A DNA stretch of 64,000 nucleotides from Phycisphaerae bacterium (GTDB taxonomy: Bacteria; Planctomycetota; Phycisphaerae; UBA1845), in NCBI GenBank assembly GCA_963666835.2, contig CAXXGO010000003.1, forward strand, positions 608,001 to 672,000, read 5' to 3'. The position numbers were made by a program, and so were the translations under genes. Of this stretch, positions 39,348 through 49,680 are shown piece by piece. The notes beneath the pieces are model-generated. The model did not search any database, was not told the origin of the DNA, and worked only from the letters and a program-made list of their open reading frames with translations. The first letter of the stretch is position 1. Each line of letters begins with the position of its first letter.

Positions 39348-40398
39348 ATGGACTGGAGTTGTCATGCGACCGTCACAGAAAGCGGCCCAACCGCAGTCTC
39401 GGGAAAACGCAAGTCAATACGCCTGCTGTTCACCTGCATCGGACGGCGTGTTGAGCTGCTCAATACCTTCCGGCGAGCGGGCGAAGAACTGGGTATCGAC
39501 CTCGAAATTCACGGGGCGGACGCGACGCAACTGTCCCCGGCCATACACCGGGTCGACAAAGCTCATCTCGTCGGGCGAATCTCCTCCGGAAGCTATATCG
39601 AAGAACTCGCCGCGATCGTCCGCCGTTACAAGATCGACCTTCTCATCCCCCCTGATCGATCCGGAACTGCCCCTGATCGCCGCCGCAACGAAGCGGCTTG
39701 CCGATCTGGGCTGCCGCGCGTTTAGTCTCCTCGGAAGAGGTTGTGCGAATCTGCCAGGACAAGCTCGCCACGTTCACCACGCTCAAGCAGGCCGGCATCG
39801 ATGCTCCGACCACCTGGACGTGGGCCGAGGCCCTCAAGCGCAAAAACCACCGCTTCCCACTGTTCATGAAACCGCGGACGGGAAGCGCCGCCGTGGGCAA
39901 CTACGTCATCAACAACGTCGCCGAACTGAAGACGTTCGGCCGGCGCGTGTCTTATGCCATCGTCCAGGAATTCGTCAAGGGTGCGGAACACACCCTCGAC
40001 GTCTACACCGGATTCGATGGCCGGCCCCGGTGACATCGTGCCCCGCAAGCGCCTTGAAGTGCGCACCGGAGAGGTCAGCAAGGGAGTGATCGTCAAGGGA
40101 CAAAGCCATCATGGGGGTCGGTCGGCACGTTGCCGAAGTTCTCGGCGACTGCCGCGGTGTTGTCACCGTGCAGTGCATGCTGACCCCCCGGGGTCGGATC
40201 CGGGTAATCGAAATCAACCCGCGGCTCGGCGGCGGCGCCCCTCTGTCAATCCACGCGGGCGCCAACTTCCCGAAGTGGATTCTCATGGAACAGCTTGGCC
40301 GCAAGCCTCGCATCACTCCGCTGGGCTTCCGCGATGACATCGCCATGCTGCGATACGATGAATCCGTGTTCGTCCCCCGAGCTTCGCGACTGCAATAG
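39348..40398 (+). pseudogene. ATP-grasp domain protein (carbamoyl-phosphate synthase large subunit-like), four +1 frameshifts
   Basis: Consecutive frames give LLFTCIGRRVELL / LIDPELP / ICQDKLAT..FMKPRTGSAA..IVQEFVKG.EHTLD / VPRKRLEVRTGEVSKG / IEINPRLGGG.PLSIHAGANFP..MLRYD. Confidence 0.82.
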
Positions 40399-40437
40399 GA
40401 TCGCCGATTGAGAGAAACCCGGACGGGCCTTCTTACG

Positions 40438-41114
40438 ATGCCAATCACCGCCCTTCTTTTCGACCTTGACGATACGCTCTACGCCGAACGCGACTACACG
40501 TTCAGCGGCTTCGCGGCGGTTGCGGTAGCATTCGCGGATCGCCTGGGCGAACCCGCCCAAACCGCACTCGACATGCGCCACCTGTTCGACAGTGAGCAAC
40601 GCCGACGCTGTGTTCAATGAAGTGCTGACCATGCGGGGGCTCTCCGACGAGCCGAAGCTCGTAAAGGCCATGATCGACATCTACCGTACCCACCGCCCGA
40701 CGATCAAGCTCCTCCCCGACGCCGAAGCGGCTCTTTGCCGGTTCCACGGCCGCTACCGACTGGGCCTCATTACGGACGGACCGGCCGTGATGCAATCGGC
40801 CAAAGTCGAAGCCCTCGGCCTGCGATCGCGTATGGACGCTGTAATTCTGACTGACGAGCTCGGCCCGGTGTCTGGGCAAACCGCACCGCCGTTCGTTCGA
40901 GATGATAAGCACACAGCTTGGGGCAAGTGGCGAGGAATGCGCGTATGTTGCGGACAACGTGTCGAAGGATTTCGTTGCCCCGAACACGCTGGGCTGGCGC
41001 AGCATCCGGATAGTCCGCCCCGACGGCGTGTATCGCGATGTCCCGGCCGCCGCCGGTGGCAGTCCAGACCACGAAATCGAGTCACTCGACGAGCTGGACG
41101 TCCTACTGGCCTGA
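40438..41114 (+). pseudogene. HAD-superfamily hydrolase, two +1 frameshifts
   Basis: FDLDDTLY motif I, GLITDG motif II, KPH after frame correction, YVADNVSKDF motif IV. Confidence 0.82.
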
Positions 41115-41483
41115 TCAGCCCCGGTACTCGCAACGGGAACTGTCCGTTTCTGCGACATTAATCTGGGCAAGCACCGGCAATCCCGGCTTGAGCCGAGCCC
41201 AGAGCCAGCGGGCGAGGTTCTCTACCGTGGGGTTCTCCAACCCCTCGATGTCGTTCAGGTACTTGTGGTCCAGCTCGCTCAGGACCGGGGCGAACGCTTG
41301 CTTCAGCTCGGCAAAATCAATCAGCCAGCCGGTCTCGGGATCGATCCGTCCCTCACAGACCAGCGCAACTCGGAAGCTGTGCCCGTGCATTTGCCGGCAC
41401 TTGTGCCCGTCGGGCACATTAGGCAGATGATGAGCCGCCTCAAAAGAGAAATCACGAACCAGCCGAACCGTATCACTCGCCAT
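41115..41483 (-). CDS. queD: 6-carboxy-5,6,7,8-tetrahydropterin synthase
   Basis: [54 protein letters not shown]; start trimmed to ATG 41483. Confidence 0.95.
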   Translation of the reverse strand: MASDTVRLVRDFSFEAAHHLPNVPDGHKCRQMHGHSFRVALVCEGRIDPETGWLIDFAELKQAFAPVLSELDHKYLNDIEGLENPTVENLARWLWARLKPGLPVLAQINVAETDSSRCEYRG

Positions 41484-41656
41484 GTCTTCGATCTCCAGAT
41501 CCCGCCCCCGTGCGTCTGCCGCACCGCCCTTCTGCCGCACGATCTCAGTCTACCCGAAGCAGGGCCAACGCGTCAGCCAGCTTGCCCGCATCGCACCCCA
41601 ATCGTACGATCCTGGACGTACTGGCTCGCTTGTTATCTTGCCGATGCGGAAAGCTA

Positions 41657-42211
41657 ATGGACCTGAAACGAATAGAGGAAGCGGTAAAGGAAATCCTGAT
41701 CGCCGTCGGCGAAGACCCCAACCGGGAAGGCTTACGGAAGACGCCGACCCGCGTGGCCCGGATGTATGAGGAGATGTTCAGTGGCCTGGGCAAGGATCCG
41801 GGCGAGCATCTTCAGACGAGCTTCAGTGAGCAGTATGACGAGCTCGTGGTCCTGCGTGACATCCCGCTCAACTCGATCTGCGAGCATCACCTCATGCCGT
41901 TCGAAGGCAAGGCTCACGTGGCTTATCTGCCCGATGGACGTGTGGTCGGCATCTCGAAGCTCGCTCGCGTCGTAGACGGATTCGCCCGGCGCCCGCAGGT
42001 GCAGGAGCGCCTGACTTCGCAAATCGCCGACCTGCTCATGGATAGCCTGCAGGCGAAAGGGGTGGCCGTCGTCATCCGGGCTACCCACACCTGCATGACC
42101 TGCCGTGGTATCAAGAAAGCCGGCAGCGTCATGGTGACATCCGCCGTTAAGGGCCGCTGCCGCAGCGATGCTCGGACGCGTAGTGAAGTCATGTCGCTGC
42201 TGCACGATTAA
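41657..42211 (+). CDS. folE: GTP cyclohydrolase I
   Basis: [52 protein letters not shown]. Confidence 0.97.
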   Translation: MDLKRIEEAVKEILIAVGEDPNREGLRKTPTRVARMYEEMFSGLGKDPGEHLQTSFSEQYDELVVLRDIPLNSICEHHLMPFEGKAHVAYLPDGRVVGISKLARVVDGFARRPQVQERLTSQIADLLMDSLQAKGVAVVIRATHTCMTCRGIKKAGSVMVTSAVKGRCRSDARTRSEVMSLLHD

Positions 42212-42382
42212 GTGAGTGAGCAAGTTTCCCCATCCGGCGGTGCTTAATAATAAGCAGGCTCGGCAGTTGCGGTGTGCGCAGAGTACGCCACCGGGTCATA
42301 AGACAAGAACCCCTGATCCGGAGAATCCGGCGGCTCGCTTATCATGTGGACTGGACGTCTTCGACACGGCGGAGAACATGTA

Positions 42383-44257
42383 ATGATGCCAAAGACGTTG
42401 ACACTCATTCTGGGTTTGGTCGCAGTAGTTTCGCTTATTGGTTGCCGTTCGCCGGGGGAGCACCGGCGGGCGGCTGATCGGGTGGCGTACGGGAACATCG
42501 CCGAGGAGCGAATGAGAGCCCTGGGACGTGACGAGCCTTTTACAATCGAGACGCCGGCGGACACGCTCCGGCGGAGGTTGCTGCTGGATCAACACTTGCC
42601 CCACGCCGCCAGTGCCTCGTTGGGGGCAAGCGATCTGGAGCCGATCGAGCAGTGGCCCGACGATGACTACCTCGCAAAATCCGACGCCGGGGAAGGGCTC
42701 GCGGGGGCCTATCAGACCGACCAAACCCTGAACCTGACTTTGGTCGATGCCCTGCAGATCGCGGCCCATGAGAGTCGCGAGTATCAGAGCCGCAAGGAAA
42801 CGGTCTTCGAAACGGCTCTGCACCTGGACCTCGAACGGGATTCGTTCCGACATACCTGGTCGGGCGTACTCGAAGGGATGTTCCAGACCGACCTCGAAGA
42901 AGAGATCGTAATCGACAACGAAGGTAACACCGATACGCAAAACGTCTCGGGGGCCGAGTACGGCGGATCGCTCGGCCTGTCCAAGCGTTTCAAGAACGGG
43001 CTGACCTTCACCGGCCTGATCGGCATCGATCTCGTTGCTCTGCTTACCCAGAACCGGATGTTCTCGCGGTCGGTGTGGGCCGACGCCAGTATCTCGGTGC
43101 CGCTGATGCGCGGCTCCGGGGAGTTCGTCGTAACCGAACCGCTCACCCAGGCCCAGCGCAACGTCGTATACGCCATCTACGAGTTCGAGCGTTACAAGCG
43201 GGAGTTTGCGGTCCGAATCGCGGAGAGCTACTTGGGCGTTTTGCAGCAAAATGACCAGGTCCGCAATGAAGAAGAGAACTATCGCGGATTGGTGACTTCG
43301 ACCCGTCGCGCTCGCCGGCTGGCCGAGGCCGGGCGGCTCCCGGAGATTCAAGTCGATCAGTCCTTCCAGGATGAACTTCGGGCGCGCAACCGGTGGGTGG
43401 CTGCTATCGAAAGTTACGACCGGAGACTCGATAGCTTCAAGACGACCCTCGGGCTGCCGCCCGATGCCGACGTTTCGTTGGATTATACGGAGCTTGAGAG
43501 GGTCACGCTTCGGGCTGAGCAGATCATCCAGGAAGAGGAGCCGCGCGAAGAGGAAGACTCGGCCGCGGCCGATGATCCGATCGTGCTCGTCCCCCCCGGG
43601 CAGGGTATCGCGGGGCCGTATGAACTGGATGAGACGGACGCTATTCTCCTGGCCCTCGAGAAGCGGCTGGATCTTCGGGTCGCCCTGGGGCGGGTCCACG
43701 ACGCCCAGCGCGGCGTGGCCGTATCCGCCGATCAACTGCGTGCGGATGTCACTCTTCTGGGAACCGGCTCCGCGGGCCAGCACCGCTCGATTTCATCGGC
43801 CACGATGGACGACGGGCGCCTGGCACCCGATGGCGGAATCTACTCGGCTTATCTGACCATAGACCTTCCGTTCGAGCGGACCTCGGAACGGAACGACTAT
43901 CGCGTGAGTCTTATCCGCCTGGAGCAGGCGGTGCGGAACTTGCAGGAATTGGAAGACGAGATCAAGCTTGCCGCCCGTAACCGGCTCAGCGAATTGCTTG
44001 AAGCCCGCGAGGCGATTCAGATTCAGGCAATGGCGGTCACGGTTGCCGAGCGGCGCGTGGACAGTACGAACTTGTTCTTAGAAGCCGGCCGGGCTGAGAT
44101 CCGGGACGTCCTCGAGGCGCAGGAATCTCTGGTGTCGGCACAGAATGCCTTGACGGCGGCACTAGTGAGTTACCGGGTCGGAGAGCTCAGCCTTCAGCGA
44201 GATATGGGAGTGCTGGCGGTCAACGAAGAGGGCCTGTGGCAGGAATATACTCCTTAG
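42383..44257 (+). CDS. TolC family outer membrane efflux lipoprotein
   Basis: Lipobox SLIGC, OEP-type helical repeats (LEKRLDL, FLEAGRAEIRDVLEAQESL); first gene of an MFP/ABC operon; GGAG before ATG 42383. Confidence 0.85.
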   Translation: MMPKTLTLILGLVAVVSLIGCRSPGEHRRAADRVAYGNIAEERMRALGRDEPFTIETPADTLRRRLLLDQHLPHAASASLGASDLEPIEQWPDDDYLAKSDAGEGLAGAYQTDQTLNLTLVDALQIAAHESREYQSRKETVFETALHLDLERDSFRHTWSGVLEGMFQTDLEEEIVIDNEGNTDTQNVSGAEYGGSLGLSKRFKNGLTFTGLIGIDLVALLTQNRMFSRSVWADASISVPLMRGSGEFVVTEPLTQAQRNVVYAIYEFERYKREFAVRIAESYLGVLQQNDQVRNEEENYRGLVTSTRRARRLAEAGRLPEIQVDQSFQDELRARNRWVAAIESYDRRLDSFKTTLGLPPDADVSLDYTELERVTLRAEQIIQEEEPREEEDSAAADDPIVLVPPGQGIAGPYELDETDAILLALEKRLDLRVALGRVHDAQRGVAVSADQLRADVTLLGTGSAGQHRSISSATMDDGRLAPDGGIYSAYLTIDLPFERTSERNDYRVSLIRLEQAVRNLQELEDEIKLAARNRLSELLEAREAIQIQAMAVTVAERRVDSTNLFLEAGRAEIRDVLEAQESLVSAQNALTAALVSYRVGELSLQRDMGVLAVNEEGLWQEYTP

Positions 44258-44275
44258 AGAAACGGACGAATCGAG

Positions 44276-46120
44276 ATGAATGCCAAACTGGAAAGGCCGG
44301 CAACGAAGCAGGGCGGGTGGCGCATGGCGGCGATCATCGTCGCAATCGTCGTTGCGTTGGGGGGGCTGGCCGTGACCCGCTCGACCGGATCAAAGGCGAC
44401 GCAGGGAACAAGGCCGACCAAGAAAGTGCAACAGGGTCCCTTGACCATCAGCGTCGTCGAATCCGGCACGATCAAGTCACTCGAACAGGTCAGCCTGAAG
44501 AATGAAGTCGAGGGCCAGACCACACTGATTTACCTGATCCCGGAAGGCGCCCAGGTGAAGAAAGGAGACTTGCTCGTCGAGTTGGACGCCAGCGGGCTCG
44601 AAGATGATCTGATCCAACAGCAGATTTCGGTGGATAACGCCGAAGCGTCCTTCATCCGCGCTCGCGAGGACTTGGCCGTTGCGAAGAACCAGGCGGAGAG
44701 TGACATCTCCAGGGCAGAGCTGGACTATCAGTTTGCAATCGAGGACGTCAAGCAGTACGTCGACGGCGAACACCCGCAGGAAGTAAAGGAGGCGGAATCC
44801 AATATCACGCTGGCTCGCGAGGAACTGGAGCGGGCCGCCGAGCAACTCAAGTGGTCGCAGCGACTCTATGAAGAAAAGTATATCTCGCACACCGAGCTCG
44901 AAGCTGATCGGCTCACCCATAGCCGTCAGCAACTCAACTACGAGCTGGCCGTTGCATCGCTGCAGTTGCTCCAGGACTACACGTCAAAACGCAAGATCGC
45001 CGAGCTGGAAAGCGACGTCGACCAGGCAAAGATGGCTCTGGAGCGGGTGAAACTGCAGGCCAACGCGGACATCGTCCAGGCCGAGGCGGATCTGAAAGCC
45101 AACGAGACCCAGTTCCGCCAGCAACAATCCAAGTTCGCTAAAACCGAAGCCCAAATAGCGAAGACTAAGATCATAGCTCCGCGCGGGGGTCTTGTTGTCT
45201 ACGCGACGTCGGTCCAGGGCGGCGGCCGGCACCGGCGGCAAGAACCGCTCGAAGAGGGGCAGGCGGTCCGCGAGCGGCAGGAATTGATCTACCTACCATC
45301 GGCCGAGTCGATGATGGCCGAGATCCCGATCCACGAATCCAGCCTGGACAAGATCCGCGTCGGACTGCCGGTGCGCGTGTCCGTCGACGCCATCCCGGGG
45401 CAGTCGTTCACGGGACGCGTGGCCAAGATCGCACCCTTACCCGACGCGCAGAGCGCCTGGCTCAACCCCGACCTGAAGGTCTACCCGACCCAGGTTCATT
45501 TGGACGGCAGCCACCCGGAGCTGCGGACCGGTATGAGCTGCCAGGCGGAGATTATTGTCGAGCAACATGCCAATGCGCTGTACGTACCGGTGCAGGCCGT
45601 GACACGGATCGGGCAGACCCCGACGGTCTACGTGCGCCGCGGAAGTACCTTCGAACCCCAATCGATCGAAATCGGGTTAGATAATAACTCTAAGGTCCAC
45701 GTAATCTCCGGTCTGGAGGAGGGGCAGGAAGTGCTCCTGACCCCGCCGCTCGAAGCGTCTGCAGCCGCCCAAGAAGAGCAACTGACCGAGGCCGGCTCCG
45801 ATGCGGACTTAACGAGGCGACGCATCGAGGAATCGAAGCAGACGGCCACGACGCAGGCCCAAAGCCCTTCCGAACACAGCCGAGGCAACAGAGACGAATC
45901 ACGCGAGTCCGGGCAGCCACAAGGGGATATGCGCCGGCCCTTCGAGAATATGTCGGCCGAACAGCGGGAGGCGATGCGCGAACGCTTCCGGAATATGACC
46001 CCCGAGGAGCGAGAAGAGGTGCGCAAACGGTTAGGCGGGAGAAGACCGTCAGGAGGCGGTGGGTCGGATCGTGGAGGACCGCCGGCGAGGCCGCAAAACG
46101 ACCCCGGTGACGGCGAGTAA
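44276..46120 (+). CDS. Membrane fusion protein (MacA-like periplasmic adaptor)
   Basis: N-terminal TM, EGAQVKKGDLLVELD lipoyl half, long coiled-coil hairpin, IIAPRGGLVV, LRTGMSCQAEI, GLEEGQEV; low-complexity tail. Confidence 0.9.
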   Translation: MNAKLERPATKQGGWRMAAIIVAIVVALGGLAVTRSTGSKATQGTRPTKKVQQGPLTISVVESGTIKSLEQVSLKNEVEGQTTLIYLIPEGAQVKKGDLLVELDASGLEDDLIQQQISVDNAEASFIRAREDLAVAKNQAESDISRAELDYQFAIEDVKQYVDGEHPQEVKEAESNITLAREELERAAEQLKWSQRLYEEKYISHTELEADRLTHSRQQLNYELAVASLQLLQDYTSKRKIAELESDVDQAKMALERVKLQANADIVQAEADLKANETQFRQQQSKFAKTEAQIAKTKIIAPRGGLVVYATSVQGGGRHRRQEPLEEGQAVRERQELIYLPSAESMMAEIPIHESSLDKIRVGLPVRVSVDAIPGQSFTGRVAKIAPLPDAQSAWLNPDLKVYPTQVHLDGSHPELRTGMSCQAEIIVEQHANALYVPVQAVTRIGQTPTVYVRRGSTFEPQSIEIGLDNNSKVHVISGLEEGQEVLLTPPLEASAAAQEEQLTEAGSDADLTRRRIEESKQTATTQAQSPSEHSRGNRDESRESGQPQGDMRRPFENMSAEQREAMRERFRNMTPEEREEVRKRLGGRRPSGGGGSDRGGPPARPQNDPGDGE

Positions 46121-46860
46121 TGTCAGCACCCAATATTGTGACATCAGGAACCGTATCACCCGCATCGTCGCGGCGAGTCGTCGCCGTGCTCGAAGACGTG
46201 ACCAAGGTCTACCAGATGGGCCAGGCCCGGGTGCGCGCGCTGGCGGGAGTATCCGTCGCCTTCCAGGCCGGCGGGTTCTACGCAATCATGGGGGCTAGCG
46301 GCTCGGGAAAGAGCACCATGCTGAACCTCCTCGGCTGTCTCGACCGACCGACTTCGGGCCGCTATATGCTGGAGGGGCAGGACGTGGCGCTGTTGAATGA
46401 CGACGCGCTCAGCGAGTTTCGACTGCGCCACCTCGGGTTCATCTTCCAAAGCTTCAACCTTATCCCCCAACTCACCGTGCGCGAGAACATCGAGCTACCG
46501 CTCTACTACCTCGACTGGGACGCGAACGACAGCGATGCCCGGATAGAGGAGATGGCCGCGCGCGTCGGGCTGGCGGACCGGCTCGAACACCGGCCTACCG
46601 AGCTTTCGGGAGGCGAGCAACAGCGGGTCGCCATCGCCCGCGCTTTGGCTACGGACCCGTCGATTCTGCTCGCCGACGAGCCCACCGGTAATCTCGACTC
46701 CCGCACGAGCCAGCAGATTATGGCATTGCTCAGCGACTTGAACGAGCACGGCAAGACCGTCCTGATGGTAACCCACGAGCCGGAGTTGGCGTCTTATGCA
46801 AGCCATCAAATGCACATGCAGGACGGACTGATTGACCGTATTGAAGAGAACTCCGCATGA
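46120..46860 (+). CDS. ABC transporter ATP-binding protein (MacB/LolD-like)
   Basis: GASGSGKS, LSGGEQQRVAIARAL, LADEPTGNLD, VTHE. Confidence 0.95.
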   Translation: MSAPNIVTSGTVSPASSRRVVAVLEDVTKVYQMGQARVRALAGVSVAFQAGGFYAIMGASGSGKSTMLNLLGCLDRPTSGRYMLEGQDVALLNDDALSEFRLRHLGFIFQSFNLIPQLTVRENIELPLYYLDWDANDSDARIEEMAARVGLADRLEHRPTELSGGEQQRVAIARALATDPSILLADEPTGNLDSRTSQQIMALLSDLNEHGKTVLMVTHEPELASYASHQMHMQDGLIDRIEENSA

Positions 46861-48128
46861 GACAGGCCAAGCTCCTCAAGAACATCCGTCTCGGGGTCAA
46901 GACCCTGCTGCTGCATAAGCTGCGCTCCTTTTTGACCATGATGGGCGTGGTCTTCGGAGTGGGCAGCGTAGTGGCGATGCTGGCCGTGGGCGAAGGTGCC
47001 AGCAAGGAGGCCCTGGAGGAGATCCGCAAGCTCGGTAGCACGAACATCATCATCAGTTCGATCAAACCGATCGAGGACGAATCCGGCAGTCAGCGCTCGC
47101 CGTTCAGTGTTGTGATGTACGGATTGCTGTACGAGGATGAGCGTCGGGCGCGGGAGACGTTCGACGCCATCGAGCGGACGGTCCCGGTCAAAATCGTACG
47201 GAAAGAAGGACGCCTCGGGGAGCGCACCCTCGACCTGCGTATTATGGGGACGACGGCCGACTGGTTCGACCTGGTGCGGCGTCCGCTTATCGCGGGACGC
47301 GCGCTTCAGCCGCGCGACGCGCAACGACGAGGCGGCGTGACCGTGCTTACCGAGTTCGGAGCTCGAAAACTGCTGGCCACCGAACGCTCCATCGGGCAAT
47401 CGCTGCGTATCGGCGGTGAATACTACGAAGTCGTGGGGATTGTCCGAAGCGAGTCGGCCCAGGAGGGTTCCATCCAGACGCCCGACCAGAACATTGACGC
47501 GTACATCCCGGTCGAGGTCGCCCGCGAACGCTACGGCGATTTCCGCACGGAGATCAGCGCCGGTTCGGTGTTGCGCGAGGCGGTGGAGCTGCATCAGCTT
47601 ATCGTTCAAGTCGATTCCATCGATAATGTCGAATCGGTGGCGAACGGGTTGACCCGGATGCTCGAGGGATACCATGCGCGGAAAGACTATGCCATCAGCG
47701 TTCCGCTCGAGCTGCTTCGCCAGGCCGAGGCGACGAAACGAACTTTCAACATCGTGCTCGGCTCGATCGCCGGGATCAGCCTGCTGGTCGGCGGTATCGG
47801 CATCATGAACATCATGCTTGCTTCGGTCACCGAGCGCACGCGCGAGATCGGCATCCGCCGGGCAATCGGTGCCAAGCGGCGTCAGATCATCGGCCAGTTC
47901 CTGATCGAAACCGTAGTGCTCTCGACCGCGGGCGGCCTGATCGGAGTGATGATTGGTCTGCTAATTCCGTGGCTCATCACGCATTTGGTCGGTATGCCAA
48001 CCGTTGTCACTCCGCACAGCATCGTGCTGGCCGTAGGCATCAGCATGACCGTCGGGATCGTGTTCGGCTTATACCCCGCCCGCCACGCCGCCAACCTCGA
48101 CCCCATCGAAGCCCTGCGGCATGAGTAG
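46857..48128 (+). CDS. ABC transporter permease (MacB/FtsX family)
   Basis: KLRSFLTMMGVVFGV, ISLLVGGIGIMNIMLASVTERTREIGIRRAIGA, GLYPARHAANLDPIEALRHE. Confidence 0.95.
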   Translation: MRQAKLLKNIRLGVKTLLLHKLRSFLTMMGVVFGVGSVVAMLAVGEGASKEALEEIRKLGSTNIIISSIKPIEDESGSQRSPFSVVMYGLLYEDERRARETFDAIERTVPVKIVRKEGRLGERTLDLRIMGTTADWFDLVRRPLIAGRALQPRDAQRRGGVTVLTEFGARKLLATERSIGQSLRIGGEYYEVVGIVRSESAQEGSIQTPDQNIDAYIPVEVARERYGDFRTEISAGSVLREAVELHQLIVQVDSIDNVESVANGLTRMLEGYHARKDYAISVPLELLRQAEATKRTFNIVLGSIAGISLLVGGIGIMNIMLASVTERTREIGIRRAIGAKRRQIIGQFLIETVVLSTAGGLIGVMIGLLIPWLITHLVGMPTVVTPHSIVLAVGISMTVGIVFGLYPARHAANLDPIEALRHE

Positions 48129-48232
48129 CTCAGAGACGCAGCCTCGATGCTGCCGTCCGCCGAGACGGACTTGCCCGGGCCCGCGTCGCAAGATAATGCG
48201 CAACAGATCCTGCCGGCTCACCCGGCTGGTGG

Positions 48233-49561
48233 TCAATCCGGCGTACCCGGACCCACACCCGCACTCGCGCCCGAAGCCCACGGAATTCGCCAGATGCCCC
48301 ACTTGTAGCCGCGATTCGAGACGAAATAGATCCACGCCTGGTCATGGCTCACGACCGGATTGACATCATCGGAACCGTTTGTGGTCAGTTGGCGCACATC
48401 CGTACCGTTCGCCCTCATCATCCAGATATCGTTGTTGGGCTGCCCGGTGCCGTCGAGCCCCTTGTCGGAGACAAATATGATATGCGATCCGTCGCGTGAC
48501 CAGGTCGGGTCTGACTCCATCGTGTTGGCATCCGTGGTCAACTGAACGACCGTGCTGGTCTCAAGCGAGATCTTCCACAGCTTGCCATTGGGACCGATGT
48601 ACACAATCTCTCGTCCGTCGGGCGAGACCTCAGGATCAGCGCCTTCGCCGAGCTGAGTGGGGTACTGATTCGCACCACCCAAGGTCCAAACATGCGTTGC
48701 CGAGAGTTCCCCGGAGTATTCGGGGCGGAACCCGAACGCCAGAAGTCCCCCCTTCCCGCTGCTGGGTGTTCGGCACCAACCCTCGCCACTGTGGATGGCA
48801 GCAATCCCGCCGCCTTTGGCACGGCTATATATCCGGAACAAATCCAGATAGCCCCCGCGCAGACGATCCGAGGCAAAGTAGAGATTCTCACCGTCATGGC
48901 TGAAACATGGGTCGGTATCCAACCACCGCCCGGTGGTCAACTGGGTAATGCCGCCACCGGCGCCACCCAATGCACGAACCGTCGAAAACTCGAGCACGGT
49001 GCCCGTATCGTCCTGGACCTTCTCCACAACCGAGAAGGCCAGCCGGTCCTCCGTCGGTGAGGCGGAAAGACCACCGACCCACGCCCCTTCCTCGAGCTGC
49101 AGAACCCGAGACGCCGGCACACCTTCGCGCTCGATGTCCTCCTTGAACGCTCTGACCCGGCGGAAACTGACGGTAAGACCCTTGTCCGGATCAACTTCGA
49201 CCTCCGCCTTTTCCACCTCCCGGAACGGAGAAACTACCAGCGGTACCCGCAAGACGCGCACTCCTTGCTGAATGGGAAGTGAATCAAGAAACTCGCGAGT
49301 CAGATTGACCGTCTCGTCAAGGTATCGTTCCTTTCGGAAGGTGGTTTCGATATTCGGGGCTCGGACGAAGTCAAACTCGTATCGAACCGGCGTCAGGGCC
49401 GGTAAGCTAAACGACTGACTCTGCCCCGAACGTGTCAACCTGGTGACGCTTACCGTGGCCCCTGGAGGCTCCGTCTGCAATTCCACGATCCGCCCTGGAC
49501 AGCCGAGCGTCAGACATGACAGTACAACGACGCCGATCAAGTTAATCATCCGGTATGGCAT
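48233..49561 (-). CDS. Lipoprotein with PEGA-like N-terminal domain and TolB-like PD40 beta-propeller
   Basis: Lipobox LTLGC; TEPPGATV; PD40 repeats DPCFSHDGENLYFASDR, DPEVSPDGREIVY, DPTWSRDGSHIIFVSDK, NPVVSHDQAWIYFVSNR. Confidence 0.82.
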   Translation of the reverse strand: MPYRMINLIGVVVLSCLTLGCPGRIVELQTEPPGATVSVTRLTRSGQSQSFSLPALTPVRYEFDFVRAPNIETTFRKERYLDETVNLTREFLDSLPIQQGVRVLRVPLVVSPFREVEKAEVEVDPDKGLTVSFRRVRAFKEDIEREGVPASRVLQLEEGAWVGGLSASPTEDRLAFSVVEKVQDDTGTVLEFSTVRALGGAGGGITQLTTGRWLDTDPCFSHDGENLYFASDRLRGGYLDLFRIYSRAKGGGIAAIHSGEGWCRTPSSGKGGLLAFGFRPEYSGELSATHVWTLGGANQYPTQLGEGADPEVSPDGREIVYIGPNGKLWKISLETSTVVQLTTDANTMESDPTWSRDGSHIIFVSDKGLDGTGQPNNDIWMMRANGTDVRQLTTNGSDDVNPVVSHDQAWIYFVSNRGYKWGIWRIPWASGASAGVGPGTPD

Positions 49562-49680
49562 TCCGTCTTCCTTTCCTATCCGGGGCACCGTCGGCATTGC
49601 AGGCAACGAGCATCCGCAGTGGGGGGATTCCAAAACACGCTCGCCCGCCACGAATGATGCTCCTTACCATCGCAAGTGGT

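Noticed and set aside
40028..40040. TGA at a Cys-like position in the ATP-grasp gene as possible selenocysteine
   Set aside because: The protein continues in the +1 frame; deleting one A gives TGC (Cys), so it is an indel rather than recoding
38580..40880. Programmed frameshifting or phase variation
   Set aside because: Too many events, several outside homopolymers, no slippery heptamers or long tracts
42296..43783. 495-aa minus-strand ORF
   Set aside because: Antisense shadow of the TolC gene
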